Positions 1 through 8,492 of a stretch of DNA of 59,758 nt are shown here, piece after piece. Source of the stretch: Dehalococcoidia bacterium (GTDB lineage Bacteria; Chloroflexota; Dehalococcoidia; Lucifugimonadales; GCA-2717565); contig SHYH01000002.1 of assembly GCA_009692865.1 (NCBI GenBank), positions 1 through 59,758 of the forward strand, read 5' to 3'. The position numbers and the translations under genes are program-made. Each line of letters opens with the position of its first letter. Within the stretch, counting starts at the first letter, position 1. The notes beneath the pieces were generated by a model, which was not told the origin of the DNA, made no database searches, and worked only from the letters and a program-made list of their open reading frames with translations.

Positions 1-532
1 GGAGGTTGCCGTGTTAACTTAAAGTGCGTAGGACACGCCTCGCCGATCTCGTCAACACCGGCGCCCGTAGGTTGCCCCATGACGTCACGAACTCCATTGA
101 GCATACACTCCAGAGGATGACTTGGCAAGGTCCCATCCGGAAAGGGCCGCGCACGGAGGTTTCCCTGGATGCGCCTCACCAAGAATCAACCCCGCTGTAT
201 CCCTCCGCCACGACTCCCACAGGCATGACGCCTCATGACATAGGTCTATGGAGGTATTTCCCTTATCACGGACCTGTATCTGCTAACGATAACAGGCGTT
301 GCACCCCAAGACTATGATGCCAACCGCCCATGCCACCACATAACATGAATCGTCTCGACAGAAAATGCCCAGCTCGTATCCGTGGATGCTCCCCAGGCCT
401 TGACAGGCTCCCAGGGGATGGGTAAGCTTGCCTCGCATCTGGAGGCGCCCGACGGTCTGGCAATGTCCTGCTGTCGGGAGTGGCCCCAGGCGAAGGACAG
501 GTCAAGGAAACACCTGCACCGAGGAGGCAACT

Positions 533-1765
533 GTGGACTTTACACTTCGACCCTATACCGAGGAGCAGACCAGTTTCCGCCAGGAGGTCAGGGCTTGGCT
601 TGAGCAGACCATCCCGGAGGAGATGAAGCGGCCCATAGACATGAGGGGCATCACCCAGGAGCAGTACCTGTGGTGGCGGGAGATGCGCAAAAAGCTTGCC
701 GCCAAGGGGTGGCTGTACCCCACCTATTCCAAGCAGTATGGAGGTGGCGGCCTCACGGGTGAGCACGAGACCATCCTGGATGAGGAGTTCGATCGGGCCG
801 GGACGGTGCGCGGTTGGAACAACGGCTGGGCCATGTCTGCCATCCTGGTGTGGGGGACCGAGGAGCAGCGTCAGAGGTTCCTGAAGCCCCTGGTTACCGG
901 CGAGAAGATCACCTGGTACAAGCTCACGGAGCCCCAGTCAGGGGCTGACCTGGCGGGCATCCAAACACGAGCGGAGAGGGACGGTGACGACTGGCTCATC
1001 ACCGGCCAGAACGTCTTCATCAGCGGCGAAAACGCTCCGGGATTCCCTGACCTCCTCTTTGGTCCGGCCATCACGGACCCCAATGCACCCCGGCACCGGA
1101 ACATGGGGGTGTTCATGATCCCTGTCCCCTCCAAAGGCCTCGAAATTCGGCAGATGAACCTCCTCGGCGGCAACGAGCAGCACTTCATCTTCCTTGACCA
1201 CGTGCGCGTACCTGGGGACCACCTCATCGGCGGTGACCACCAGGGGTGGCAGGTGGCCATGTCGGCCGCCGAGCAGGAGCACGGAGGTCGGGGCCAGGCC
1301 TTCCCCAGGGACCCAGTGCTGGACAATCTGGTGAGCTATGCCCGGAACACAAAACGGAATGGGAGCACGCTAGGCAAGGACCCGATGGTCCAACAGACCA
1401 CCATGCAGGCCTACCTGGAGGCCCATGTGGGTGGCCTCCTGGCCAGACGCACTTTCTGGATGTACAACAACCGCATGGAGGTGAACCACGAAGGCGCAAT
1501 GGCCAATGTGCACGGTCGAGAGCACACCCTCCGTAACGCCATCCGGGTGCGGGACGTTATGGGTATGTACGCTTCGCTCGGCACCAGAGACCCGCTGGCC
1601 CCCCATAGCGGGGCCCAGGACGTGAGCCAGCGTGGGCTTGCAGGCCAGCATCATGCCGGCGGCAGCACCAACATCATGAAGGTGATCCTGGCCCGCCGCA
1701 TAGGTATCTCCCGCACCAAGGAGCGGCCCGCTGTCACCCCCTCTTCTGCAGGGCTCGGCGGCTAA
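533..1765 (+). CDS. acyl-CoA dehydrogenase family protein
   Basis: Part of tracked ORF 428..1765. An in-frame GTG at 533 is preceded by GAGGAGG (521-527). ACAD-like segments are present, e.g. WYKLTEPQSGADLAGIQTRAERDGDDWLITGQNVFISG. The first 35 codons of the tracked ORF look like read-in from non-coding DNA. Confidence 0.8.
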   Translation: MDFTLRPYTEEQTSFRQEVRAWLEQTIPEEMKRPIDMRGITQEQYLWWREMRKKLAAKGWLYPTYSKQYGGGGLTGEHETILDEEFDRAGTVRGWNNGWAMSAILVWGTEEQRQRFLKPLVTGEKITWYKLTEPQSGADLAGIQTRAERDGDDWLITGQNVFISGENAPGFPDLLFGPAITDPNAPRHRNMGVFMIPVPSKGLEIRQMNLLGGNEQHFIFLDHVRVPGDHLIGGDHQGWQVAMSAAEQEHGGRGQAFPRDPVLDNLVSYARNTKRNGSTLGKDPMVQQTTMQAYLEAHVGGLLARRTFWMYNNRMEVNHEGAMANVHGREHTLRNAIRVRDVMGMYASLGTRDPLAPHSGAQDVSQRGLAGQHHAGGSTNIMKVILARRIGISRTKERPAVTPSSAGLGG

Positions 1766-1801
1766 CGACGCCGGGACCGGGGGGCCGAAGCACATTGGTT
1801 G

Positions 1802-1838
1802 CCGTAGGGGCAACTCATGGGTTGCCCCTACGGTTTCG
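1802..1838 (+). terminator. perfect 13-bp hairpin downstream of the acyl-CoA dehydrogenase gene (terminator or REP-like palindrome)
   Basis: CCGTAGGGGCAAC-tcatgg-GTTGCCCCTACGG followed by TTTCG. It lies 37 nt after the stop at 1765. The T-tract is short. Confidence 0.4.
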
Positions 1839-1914
1839 TGGTCGTAATGGCCTCGGGACAATGACGGCCCCCAAGGCCCCAGAACTGTGACAAACACCAC
1901 CGCAGGAGTAAGCC

Positions 1915-4452
1915 ATGGAACAACCCCTTACACCCCAACCCCTCTCAGACCTGCGCGTAATTGACCTGACCCACGGAATCGCAGGCCCCTACTGCACCAA
2001 GCTCCTCGCCGACTTCGGTGCCGACGTCATCAAGGTGGAGCGCCCCGGCGCCGGCGACTGGTCCCGCTCCCTGGGACCCTTCCCAGGGGACGTCCCCCAC
2101 ACCGAGAAGAGCGGCCTTTTCCTGTTCCTCAACACCAACAAGCGCAGCGTGGTGTTGGACCTTGAGACCCGCCAGGGAGTAGAGGTTGTGAAGGAGCTGG
2201 TGCGGAGTGCAGACGTCCTGGTGGAGGGCTTCCGGCCTGGGGTCATGGAGCGCCTGGGGCTAAGCTATGAGGTGGTTTCGAAGATCAACACCAACCTGGT
2301 GATGACCTCCCTCTCCAACTTCGGCCAAACGGGCCCCTATCGGGACTACCTGGCCTCGGAGCTCACCCTCTACGCGATGGGCCACAGCATGAACGCCCCG
2401 GTCCCCGATCGTTACCCACTGAAGCTGGGCGGGAACCACGTCCAGTTCCAGGCGGGGAACGTGGCAGCCATGGCCAGCCTCTTCGCCTGGTACGCCCAGA
2501 GGTATCAGGGCCTGGGGGGCCAGTATCTGGACGTCTCCATCTTTGAGACCCAGATGGCCTCCATCAACGGCCGCATGGCGGCCCTGATCCAGTACCAGTA
2601 CCTGGGACGGCGGGTGAAGCCCCCGGCAGGCGGCGGCGGCCTCGGCTACCCCAGCGGGTCGTACCCCACTCAGGATGGCTATGTCACCGTCACCGGAGGG
2701 GGTGCTTACTGGGCCCGAACCGTGGCCGCCCTGGGAATGCCCGAGCTCCTCAACGACCCCCGATTTGCGCCGCCCCTGGGACAGTTGAGCGCCGAGGGCA
2801 GGGAGGAGTTCGAGGGGACCATCTGGCTACCCTGGCTGCTGGAGCGCACCAAGCAGCAAGCCATGGCCGATCTCCAGGCCCACGAGATCTACTCGGGCGT
2901 CCTCAACAGCCTGGACGAGGTGGTAGACAGCACACCGCAGCTCGCCTCTCGGGGGTACATCGTGGAGATCGATCACCCGGTGGCGGGCAAGCTCCGCTAT
3001 CCTGGCAGCCCCCTCTACACGCCCAAGGGGTGGTGGCGGATCCACCGGCCAGCGCCTCTGCTCGGCCAGCACACCCAGGAGGTGCTGAAAGAGGCGAACT
3101 CCCGTCCCAAGGCGGCGGAGAGGCTGGCGAAGGCGCCGGCAGCAACCCAACCCCAGGGGACCAAGCGCCTTCCCCTGGAGGGCATCCGGGTCATTGATAT
3201 GACGGTGGTGTGGGCAGGAACCTACGGCACCATGTTCCTGGCGGACATGGGGGCCGAGGTGATCCGCGTGGAGTCGGTCAACGTCTTCCCCAACGCCACC
3301 CGGGGGTTCTTCGCCCACCCCGATAAGGAGGCCGAGAAGAAGCGCCCCACCTCGAACTACCCCAACTGGGACCCTGGGGACCGGGCCTGGAACCGCGCTA
3401 ACATCTTCAACCAGCACGCCCGCAACAAGCTCTCCATGACGGTGGACGTGAACACACCTGAGGGGAAAGGTGTTTTCCGACGTCTGGTGGAGGTGAGCGA
3501 CCTGTTTATCGAGAACAACGTCATCGGCTCCATGGAGCGCCTGGGCGTCACCTACGACGTGGTGAGCCAGTGGAACCCCCGCCTCATCATGATCTCCGCC
3601 ACAGGCTTCGGTCGCACCGGGCCCTGGGCCCACTACCGGGGCTTTGGCAGCGCCTTTGAGGCCACCTATGGCCACATGTCTGTGGTGGGCTACCCTGACA
3701 TGGACGCCGAGGGAAAGCCCGGCTCCGTCGCCTCAGACGCCTCCACCGGCGTGACCATAGCCCTGGCAGCCATGATGGCCCTAAACCAGAGGGAGAGGAC
3801 AGGCAAAGGTTGCTACGTTGACATCTCCATGGGGGAGAACTTTCTCCCCCACCTGGGGGAGCTCATCATGGACTACACCATCAACGGGCGCGTGGCCGGC
3901 ACCATGGGCAACCGCGATCCTCACCTGGTGCAGGGGGTGTACTCCTGTACTGGCGACGACGAGTGGCTGGCCGTCTCCCTCGGCGCCATCGAGCAGTGGC
4001 ACGCCTTGTGCCGCGTCATGGGCCGACCAGAGCTCATCGAGGACAAGCGGTTCAGCGACTGGCAGGCGCTCCAGGCCCACCACGACGAGGTGGACGAAAT
4101 CATGAGCGCCTGGACCAAGGATAAGAACAGCTACGACCTATTCCACCGCCTTCAAACAGCGGGCGTCCCCGCAGGGCCCATGATGCACGAGGTTCACGCC
4201 TTCAACGACCCCCACGTGAAGGAGCGGGACTTCTTTGTGGAGATCACGGCCCCGGAGGTCGGCACGCATCTGTACCCCAGCACCGCCTTCAAGATGTCCA
4301 AGACGCCCTTCGTGGTGCGCAAGCCTCCGGTGCGGCTGGGAGAGGACAACGACTACATCTACCAGAAGGTGCTCAAGCTGTCGGACGCGGAGTACAGGCA
4401 CCTGCAGGCCCTGGGGCAGGTCGGCATGGACTTTGCCCCTAACGTGCCCTAG
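1915..4452 (+). CDS. tandem two-module type III CoA-transferase (CaiB/BaiF family), single 845-aa chain
   Basis: The family N-terminal signature occurs twice: LSDLRVIDLTHGIAGPYCTKLLADFGADVIKVE near aa 10 and LEGIRVIDMTVVWAGTYGTMFLADMGAEVIRVE near aa 420. The two modules are joined by a Pro/Ala/Lys-rich linker (SRPKAAERLAKAPAATQPQGTK). AGGAG lies upstream of the ATG at 1915. Confidence 0.8.
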   Translation: MEQPLTPQPLSDLRVIDLTHGIAGPYCTKLLADFGADVIKVERPGAGDWSRSLGPFPGDVPHTEKSGLFLFLNTNKRSVVLDLETRQGVEVVKELVRSADVLVEGFRPGVMERLGLSYEVVSKINTNLVMTSLSNFGQTGPYRDYLASELTLYAMGHSMNAPVPDRYPLKLGGNHVQFQAGNVAAMASLFAWYAQRYQGLGGQYLDVSIFETQMASINGRMAALIQYQYLGRRVKPPAGGGGLGYPSGSYPTQDGYVTVTGGGAYWARTVAALGMPELLNDPRFAPPLGQLSAEGREEFEGTIWLPWLLERTKQQAMADLQAHEIYSGVLNSLDEVVDSTPQLASRGYIVEIDHPVAGKLRYPGSPLYTPKGWWRIHRPAPLLGQHTQEVLKEANSRPKAAERLAKAPAATQPQGTKRLPLEGIRVIDMTVVWAGTYGTMFLADMGAEVIRVESVNVFPNATRGFFAHPDKEAEKKRPTSNYPNWDPGDRAWNRANIFNQHARNKLSMTVDVNTPEGKGVFRRLVEVSDLFIENNVIGSMERLGVTYDVVSQWNPRLIMISATGFGRTGPWAHYRGFGSAFEATYGHMSVVGYPDMDAEGKPGSVASDASTGVTIALAAMMALNQRERTGKGCYVDISMGENFLPHLGELIMDYTINGRVAGTMGNRDPHLVQGVYSCTGDDEWLAVSLGAIEQWHALCRVMGRPELIEDKRFSDWQALQAHHDEVDEIMSAWTKDKNSYDLFHRLQTAGVPAGPMMHEVHAFNDPHVKERDFFVEITAPEVGTHLYPSTAFKMSKTPFVVRKPPVRLGEDNDYIYQKVLKLSDAEYRHLQALGQVGMDFAPNVP

Positions 4453-4500
4453 GACGCCATGCCGAAGGGTTGTCACCCGCTGGACTAGCGGGCCAGGAAC

Positions 4501-4544
4501 GAAAAAGAGAAGGAGCGTCCCGATACCATCGGGACGCTCCTTCT
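4501..4544 (-). terminator. intrinsic terminator downstream of ftsZ-like gene (17-bp perfect stem)
   Basis: AGAAGGAGCGTCCCGAT-acc-ATCGGGACGCTCCTTCT (4508-4544). On the minus strand it is followed by a U-run (plus-strand AAAAA at 4502-4506). It sits between the convergent CoA-transferase and ftsZ genes. Confidence 0.6.
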
Positions 4545-4564
4545 CACCTTCAAGCCACTTTGAG

Positions 4565-5581
4565 CTACTTGGACTTGCTCGCCCCCGCCTTGGCGGTAGG
4601 CTCTGGAATGCCCGTCGCGATGAGGGTCAGCCGCACCCGGTCCCCCATGTTGGGGTTGTTGACCATCCCGAAGAAGATGGTAGCGTCGGGGTGCACCCGT
4701 TCGGCGATGTACTGGCCCGCCGCATTCACCTCACCCAGCGTCAGCTTGGGCCCGCCATTGATGCAGAACAGAATGCCCTGGGCGCCGTCTATCGAGACGT
4801 CCAAGAGAGGGTTTTCCACAGCTACCTTGGCAGCCTCCAGGGCCCCTCCCGGCTCCGGCATCTCGCCAATGGCCATGAGGGCCCGGCCCGGGAGCTTCAT
4901 AATGGTCCGTATATCGGCCAAGTCCACGTTGATCTCCCCCGGCACGTTGACCAGCTCGGCAACGGAAAGAACGCCGTACACTATAGCCTCGTCGGCCCTG
5001 CGCAGCGCCTCTTCCATGGAGACATCTTTGCCGGTGAGGGCAAGGAGACGGTCGTTATGGACAACGATGAGGTTGTCCACCTTGTCTTTGAGCTGACCGA
5101 TCCCCGCCATGGCCTGCTCCAGGCGCCTATGGCCTTCCCAGGAGAAGGGGGTAGTCACAAGACCGATGACCAGGGCCTTGGTCCTCCTCGCCATCTCCGC
5201 CACCACGGGAGCGGCGCCTGTTCCTGTGCCTCCACCCATCCCCGCCGTGATGAAGACCAGGTCCCCATGACCTATGGCGCGCAACAGCTCCGCTCGGGCG
5301 CCCTCCGCTGCCTGGAGGCCTACGGCAGGGACACCACCTGCGCCCATCCCGTGGGTCAGCTCCTCGCCGATCTGGATCGCGGTGACACCATCGACATTCT
5401 GAAGCGATTTCACATCGGTGTTGACGCAGATGAACCGTACACCAGGGACCGCCCGCTCCCGCATCATGCGCATTACTGCGTTGCACCCTCCACCACCTAC
5501 TCCGATGACCACCACATGAGCGGGCGGGGCCTGGTCCTGCTGAACCTTGCTGGGATACGATACGCGAGTAGTCTCAACCAT
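4565..5581 (-). CDS. ftsZ: FtsZ-family tubulin-like GTPase, short form without C-terminal linker or tail
   Basis: [14 protein letters not shown], the tubulin signature [18 protein letters not shown] and a T7-loop-like [11 protein letters not shown] are present. I prefer the ATG at 5581 (MVETTRV...) because GGAGAGTGAGG lies 9 nt upstream; the tracked GTG at 5596 sits inside that SD. The protein ends ...[15 protein letters not shown] with no D-I-P-x-F-L-like tail. Confidence 0.8.
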   Translation of the reverse strand: MVETTRVSYPSKVQQDQAPPAHVVVIGVGGGGCNAVMRMMRERAVPGVRFICVNTDVKSLQNVDGVTAIQIGEELTHGMGAGGVPAVGLQAAEGARAELLRAIGHGDLVFITAGMGGGTGTGAAPVVAEMARRTKALVIGLVTTPFSWEGHRRLEQAMAGIGQLKDKVDNLIVVHNDRLLALTGKDVSMEEALRRADEAIVYGVLSVAELVNVPGEINVDLADIRTIMKLPGRALMAIGEMPEPGGALEAAKVAVENPLLDVSIDGAQGILFCINGGPKLTLGEVNAAGQYIAERVHPDATIFFGMVNNPNMGDRVRLTLIATGIPEPTAKAGASKSK

Positions 5582-5596
5582 ACTAGTTAACCTCAC

Positions 5597-5760
5597 TCTC
5601 CTAAGTTAGGGGAATATCCCCCGAATAAAAATGCACTTAGAGCGTAGAATCTACTGAATTAGAGTGTCAATGAGTTTATCAATAGCTTTCATGCCTTTTT
5701 GAGGCTTTTGTTTCTGAGCGAGGTCCAGCGGCAACCGAAATCAAGTTATGGAGGGGAAGC
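5597..5760. promoter_or_regulatory. AT-rich divergent intergenic region (ftsZ-like gene / small acidic ORF)
   Basis: Hand counts give 24/60 GC for 5581-5640 and 20/60 GC for 5641-5700, in a genome where a core-gene line counts 42/60. No specific -35/-10 pair was assigned. Confidence 0.35.
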
Positions 5761-6012
5761 GTGGAGGAGATCATCACCATGGCGGACATGGGCCTAGTGT
5801 TCCAGGTGACCGACGCTCTGGGGATCGACCGGGAGCGCATGAGCGTCTCCCTGGAAAAGCAGGGCCCGGGCCAGGTGCAGCGCCTGCCAACGGGGGAGGT
5901 TGAGATCACCCTGCCCCTCACCGTCCCGCTGAGTCAGTGGCTACCCAGCCTCCGGGCAAAGCTGGAGGCTCTGGGGTTTCAAGCCATGGTCGAAGAGGAA
6001 GAGGAGGGGTGA
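5761..6012 (+). CDS. hypothetical small acidic protein (83 aa, C-terminal EEEEEG)
   Basis: ORF with GTG at 5761 (GGAGGGG upstream) or ATG at 5779 (GGAGGAG upstream). I recognise no family. It converges on the leuB stop with a 9-nt gap. Confidence 0.3.
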   Translation: MEEIITMADMGLVFQVTDALGIDRERMSVSLEKQGPGQVQRLPTGEVEITLPLTVPLSQWLPSLRAKLEALGFQAMVEEEEEG

Positions 6013-6021
6013 GAGCAGCCC

Positions 6022-7122
6022 TTATTGGATGCGCTCGATGATGGCCGCCCCCATCTCCCTCGTGCTGAGGACGGGCCTGCCCTCCTCGGCGATGTCCGGG
6101 GTGCGGTGCCCCTGGACCAAGGTGGCGTCCACTGCCTGCTCCACCGCCTGGGCCTCCTGCTCCAGCCCCAGGGAGTAACGCAGAAGAAATGCGGCGCTCA
6201 AAATGGCGGCGACGGGATTGGCCTTGCCCTGCCCCACGATGTCCGGCGCGCTTCCGTGAATGGGCTCATAGAGGCCCTTGGGGCGCCGCCCGGCTTTGCC
6301 GCCTACGGGCAGGCCGGCCAGGCTGGCCGAGGGGAGCATGCCCATGGAGCCCGCGAGGACGGCCGCCTCGTCGGTCAGGATGTCCCCAAACAGGTTCTCG
6401 GTGACGATGACGTCGAACCGGGATGGGCTCCGCACCAGTTGCATGGCCGCCGTGTCCACCAGTAGGTGCTCCAGGGTCACGTCGGGGTACTCCTGGGCAA
6501 CCTCCACGGCCACCTCGCGCCACAGCCGTGAGGTCTCCAGCACGTTGGCCTTGTCCACCGAGGTGAGGTGCTTGCGACGTCTCCGGGCCAGCTCAAAGCC
6601 CACCCGAAGGATGCGCCGCACCTCCTGTTCGGTGTACTTCATGGTGTCGACGCCCCGCCTACCCCGGGAGGTGCTCCACCGCCGTTTGGGCCTGCCGAAG
6701 TAGATGCCGCCGGTGAGCTCCCGGACCACCACCAGGTCTACATTGGCGAGGACTTGAGGTTTGATGGGACTGGCGTACATCAGATTGGGATGGATCTTCA
6801 CGGGCCGCAGGTTGGCGTAGAGGCCCAGGCCCCGACGCAGGCCCAGGATACCGTCCTCAGGGCGGACTGTGGCCTTAGGATCGTCCCACTTGGGGCCACC
6901 CACCGCACCAAACAGCACGGCATCGGCCCCCCGGGCGATCTGGAGGGTCTCCTCCGGCAGGGCGGTGCCGTACCGGTCGATGGCGTTGCCCCCCACTGGG
7001 GCGTAGGAGAGGTCAAAGGTGTGGCCGTACCGCTGGCCCACGCGCTCCAGGGCCCTGACCGCCTCCTGCGTTACCTCCGGCCCGATGCCGTCACCAGGGA
7101 GCACCGCGATGGCGAAGCGCAT
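6022..7122 (-). CDS. leuB: 3-isopropylmalate dehydrogenase
   Basis: [17 protein letters not shown]..., LYANLRPV and [12 protein letters not shown] motifs. It is the last gene of the leu cluster. Confidence 0.95.
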   Translation of the reverse strand: MRFAIAVLPGDGIGPEVTQEAVRALERVGQRYGHTFDLSYAPVGGNAIDRYGTALPEETLQIARGADAVLFGAVGGPKWDDPKATVRPEDGILGLRRGLGLYANLRPVKIHPNLMYASPIKPQVLANVDLVVVRELTGGIYFGRPKRRWSTSRGRRGVDTMKYTEQEVRRILRVGFELARRRRKHLTSVDKANVLETSRLWREVAVEVAQEYPDVTLEHLLVDTAAMQLVRSPSRFDVIVTENLFGDILTDEAAVLAGSMGMLPSASLAGLPVGGKAGRRPKGLYEPIHGSAPDIVGQGKANPVAAILSAAFLLRYSLGLEQEAQAVEQAVDATLVQGHRTPDIAEEGRPVLSTREMGAAIIERIQ

Positions 7123-7134
7123 TGGTTCCTCTCC

Positions 7135-7755
7135 CTACCGCAGCGGACGCAGGCCGATGCGCTCTTCGTATGCCCGAATCTTGTCCTGGCGCTGAAGGGT
7201 AAGGCCGATCTCGTCCAGGCCGTTCAGCAGCGTGTGGCGTCGAAAGACGTGGGTCTCTGGGTCCTGGTGGATGACAAAGGTGACACAGAGGCCGTCCGCG
7301 TCCCGGACCTCGCACCGCTCCAGGTCCACCGTCAGTTGGTAGCCTGGAGAGGCCAGGGCTTTCCCCATGAGCCCTCTCACCTGCTCCTCCGGGAGCAGCA
7401 CCGGCACCAGGCCGTTCTCCAGGCAATTCTTGTGGAAGATGTCGGCCAGGCTGGGGGCAATGACGGCCCGGAAGCCGTAGTCCATGAGGGCCCACACCGC
7501 GTGCTCCCGCGAGGAGCCGCTTCCGAAGTTACGCCCTGTCACCAGGAGCGAGGCGCCTTGATAACGCGGCGCATTGAGGATGAACTCGGGGTTAGGGCGG
7601 CCGTCCGGCAGGGAGCGCCAGTCGCAGAAGAGGGCGTCCTCGAAGCCAGTCCGGGTGATGCGCTTGAGGAACCTGGCCGGGGTGATGGAGTCGGTGTCCA
7701 CGTTGACCCGGTCCAGGGGCGCCAGTACGCCGGTATGAGCGGTGAAGGGTTGCAT
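7135..7755 (-). CDS. leuD: 3-isopropylmalate dehydratase small subunit
   Basis: [31 protein letters not shown]... The ATG at 7755 is preceded by AGGAG. The tracked start at 7797 adds 14 implausible residues. Confidence 0.9.
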   Translation of the reverse strand: MQPFTAHTGVLAPLDRVNVDTDSITPARFLKRITRTGFEDALFCDWRSLPDGRPNPEFILNAPRYQGASLLVTGRNFGSGSSREHAVWALMDYGFRAVIAPSLADIFHKNCLENGLVPVLLPEEQVRGLMGKALASPGYQLTVDLERCEVRDADGLCVTFVIHQDPETHVFRRHTLLNGLDEIGLTLQRQDKIRAYEERIGLRPLR

Positions 7756-7866
7756 GGATGCTCCTGTCATTAGTCCGAGATGAATGTCCCAAATCAACCC
7801 TTGGATGTGAAGGCAACTCTATCGGTTTCAAGATGTGTACGCATCTTACCGCGCAGGTACCGGTGC

Positions 7867-8202
7867 TCACCCGATTATCTCATTCAAGCCCTCGACTACT
7901 AGGCCAACCTCCTCTGGGGAGGCTCTTCCCAGGTTGGAACCAAGCCTCTCCACGCTCAGGGTGCGCACCTGGCTGATCTTCACCCACGAGCGCTTCGGCA
8001 TCTTGACGGACTTGAGCTCCATTGCCAGAGGAAAGCCTACTCGCTGTGGCTGGCTGGTGATGGCCACGGCAATGACCGTCCCCGACCGTTCGTTGAAGAC
8101 ATCCTCGCTTAGCACCAAGACAGGTCGCTGACCGCCCTGTTCATGCCCCTGAGCCGGGTTCAGGTCTGCCCAGCGGACCTCTCCCCTTAGTATGGCGGCC
8201 AT
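7867..8202 (-). CDS. mazF: MazF/PemK-family endoribonuclease toxin
   Basis: RGEVRWADLNPAQGHEQGGQRPVLVLSEDVFNERSGTVIAVAITSQ is typical of PemK/MazF. It overlaps the upstream antitoxin ORF by 16 nt. Confidence 0.85.
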   Translation of the reverse strand: MAAILRGEVRWADLNPAQGHEQGGQRPVLVLSEDVFNERSGTVIAVAITSQPQRVGFPLAMELKSVKMPKRSWVKISQVRTLSVERLGSNLGRASPEEVGLVVEGLNEIIG

Positions 8203-8429
8203 GCCTGGACATCCACAGCCATCCCCTCCTCGGCCATGGCCTGTTCAAGGGAAGGGTCTAGTTTCGCGGTCTCCCTGGCTAAGCGAGTGTGGCGAAGTCG
8301 CACGAGTTTCTCTTTCACCGCTTCCTCGATAGCCTGGCTCCGGCTGGAGAACACCCGCTCATCTACCAGCCGGTCCAACTCGTGAACAGTGCGCTCATCA
8401 ATGGTGACTGCAAGTTTTGCTTTGCCCAT
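8187..8429 (-). CDS. ribbon-helix-helix (CopG/MazE-like) antitoxin
   Basis: MGKAKLAVTIDERTVHELDRLVDERVFSSRSQAIEEAVKEKL is an RHH beta-strand plus two helices. AAGAGGTGG SD lies upstream of the ATG at 8429. 80 aa, immediately upstream of mazF. Confidence 0.75.
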   Translation of the reverse strand: MGKAKLAVTIDERTVHELDRLVDERVFSSRSQAIEEAVKEKLVRLRHTRLARETAKLDPSLEQAMAEEGMAVDVQAWPPY

Positions 8430-8445
8430 AGGCCACCTCTTGGTA

Positions 8446-8466
8446 GGTATGATAAAACATCATACC
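8446..8466 (-). promoter_or_regulatory. inverted repeat upstream of the antitoxin gene (candidate TA operator/promoter)
   Basis: GGTATGAT-aaaac-ATCATACC lies 17-37 nt upstream of the antitoxin ATG. The minus-strand reading contains TATCAT (-10-like). Confidence 0.3.
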
Positions 8467-8492
8467 ACGCCGTTGCAGGCCACGCCTGCTCG

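Noticed and set aside
270-320. Possible tmRNA tag-like reading frame GCTAACGATAAC... (ANDNRRCTPRL*).
   Set aside because: There is no tRNA-like 3' end (GGTTCGA...CCACCA) and no GGGG 5' acceptor within reach. The tag does not end in the usual hydrophobic (A/L)AA. The resemblance is limited to the A-N-D-N codons.
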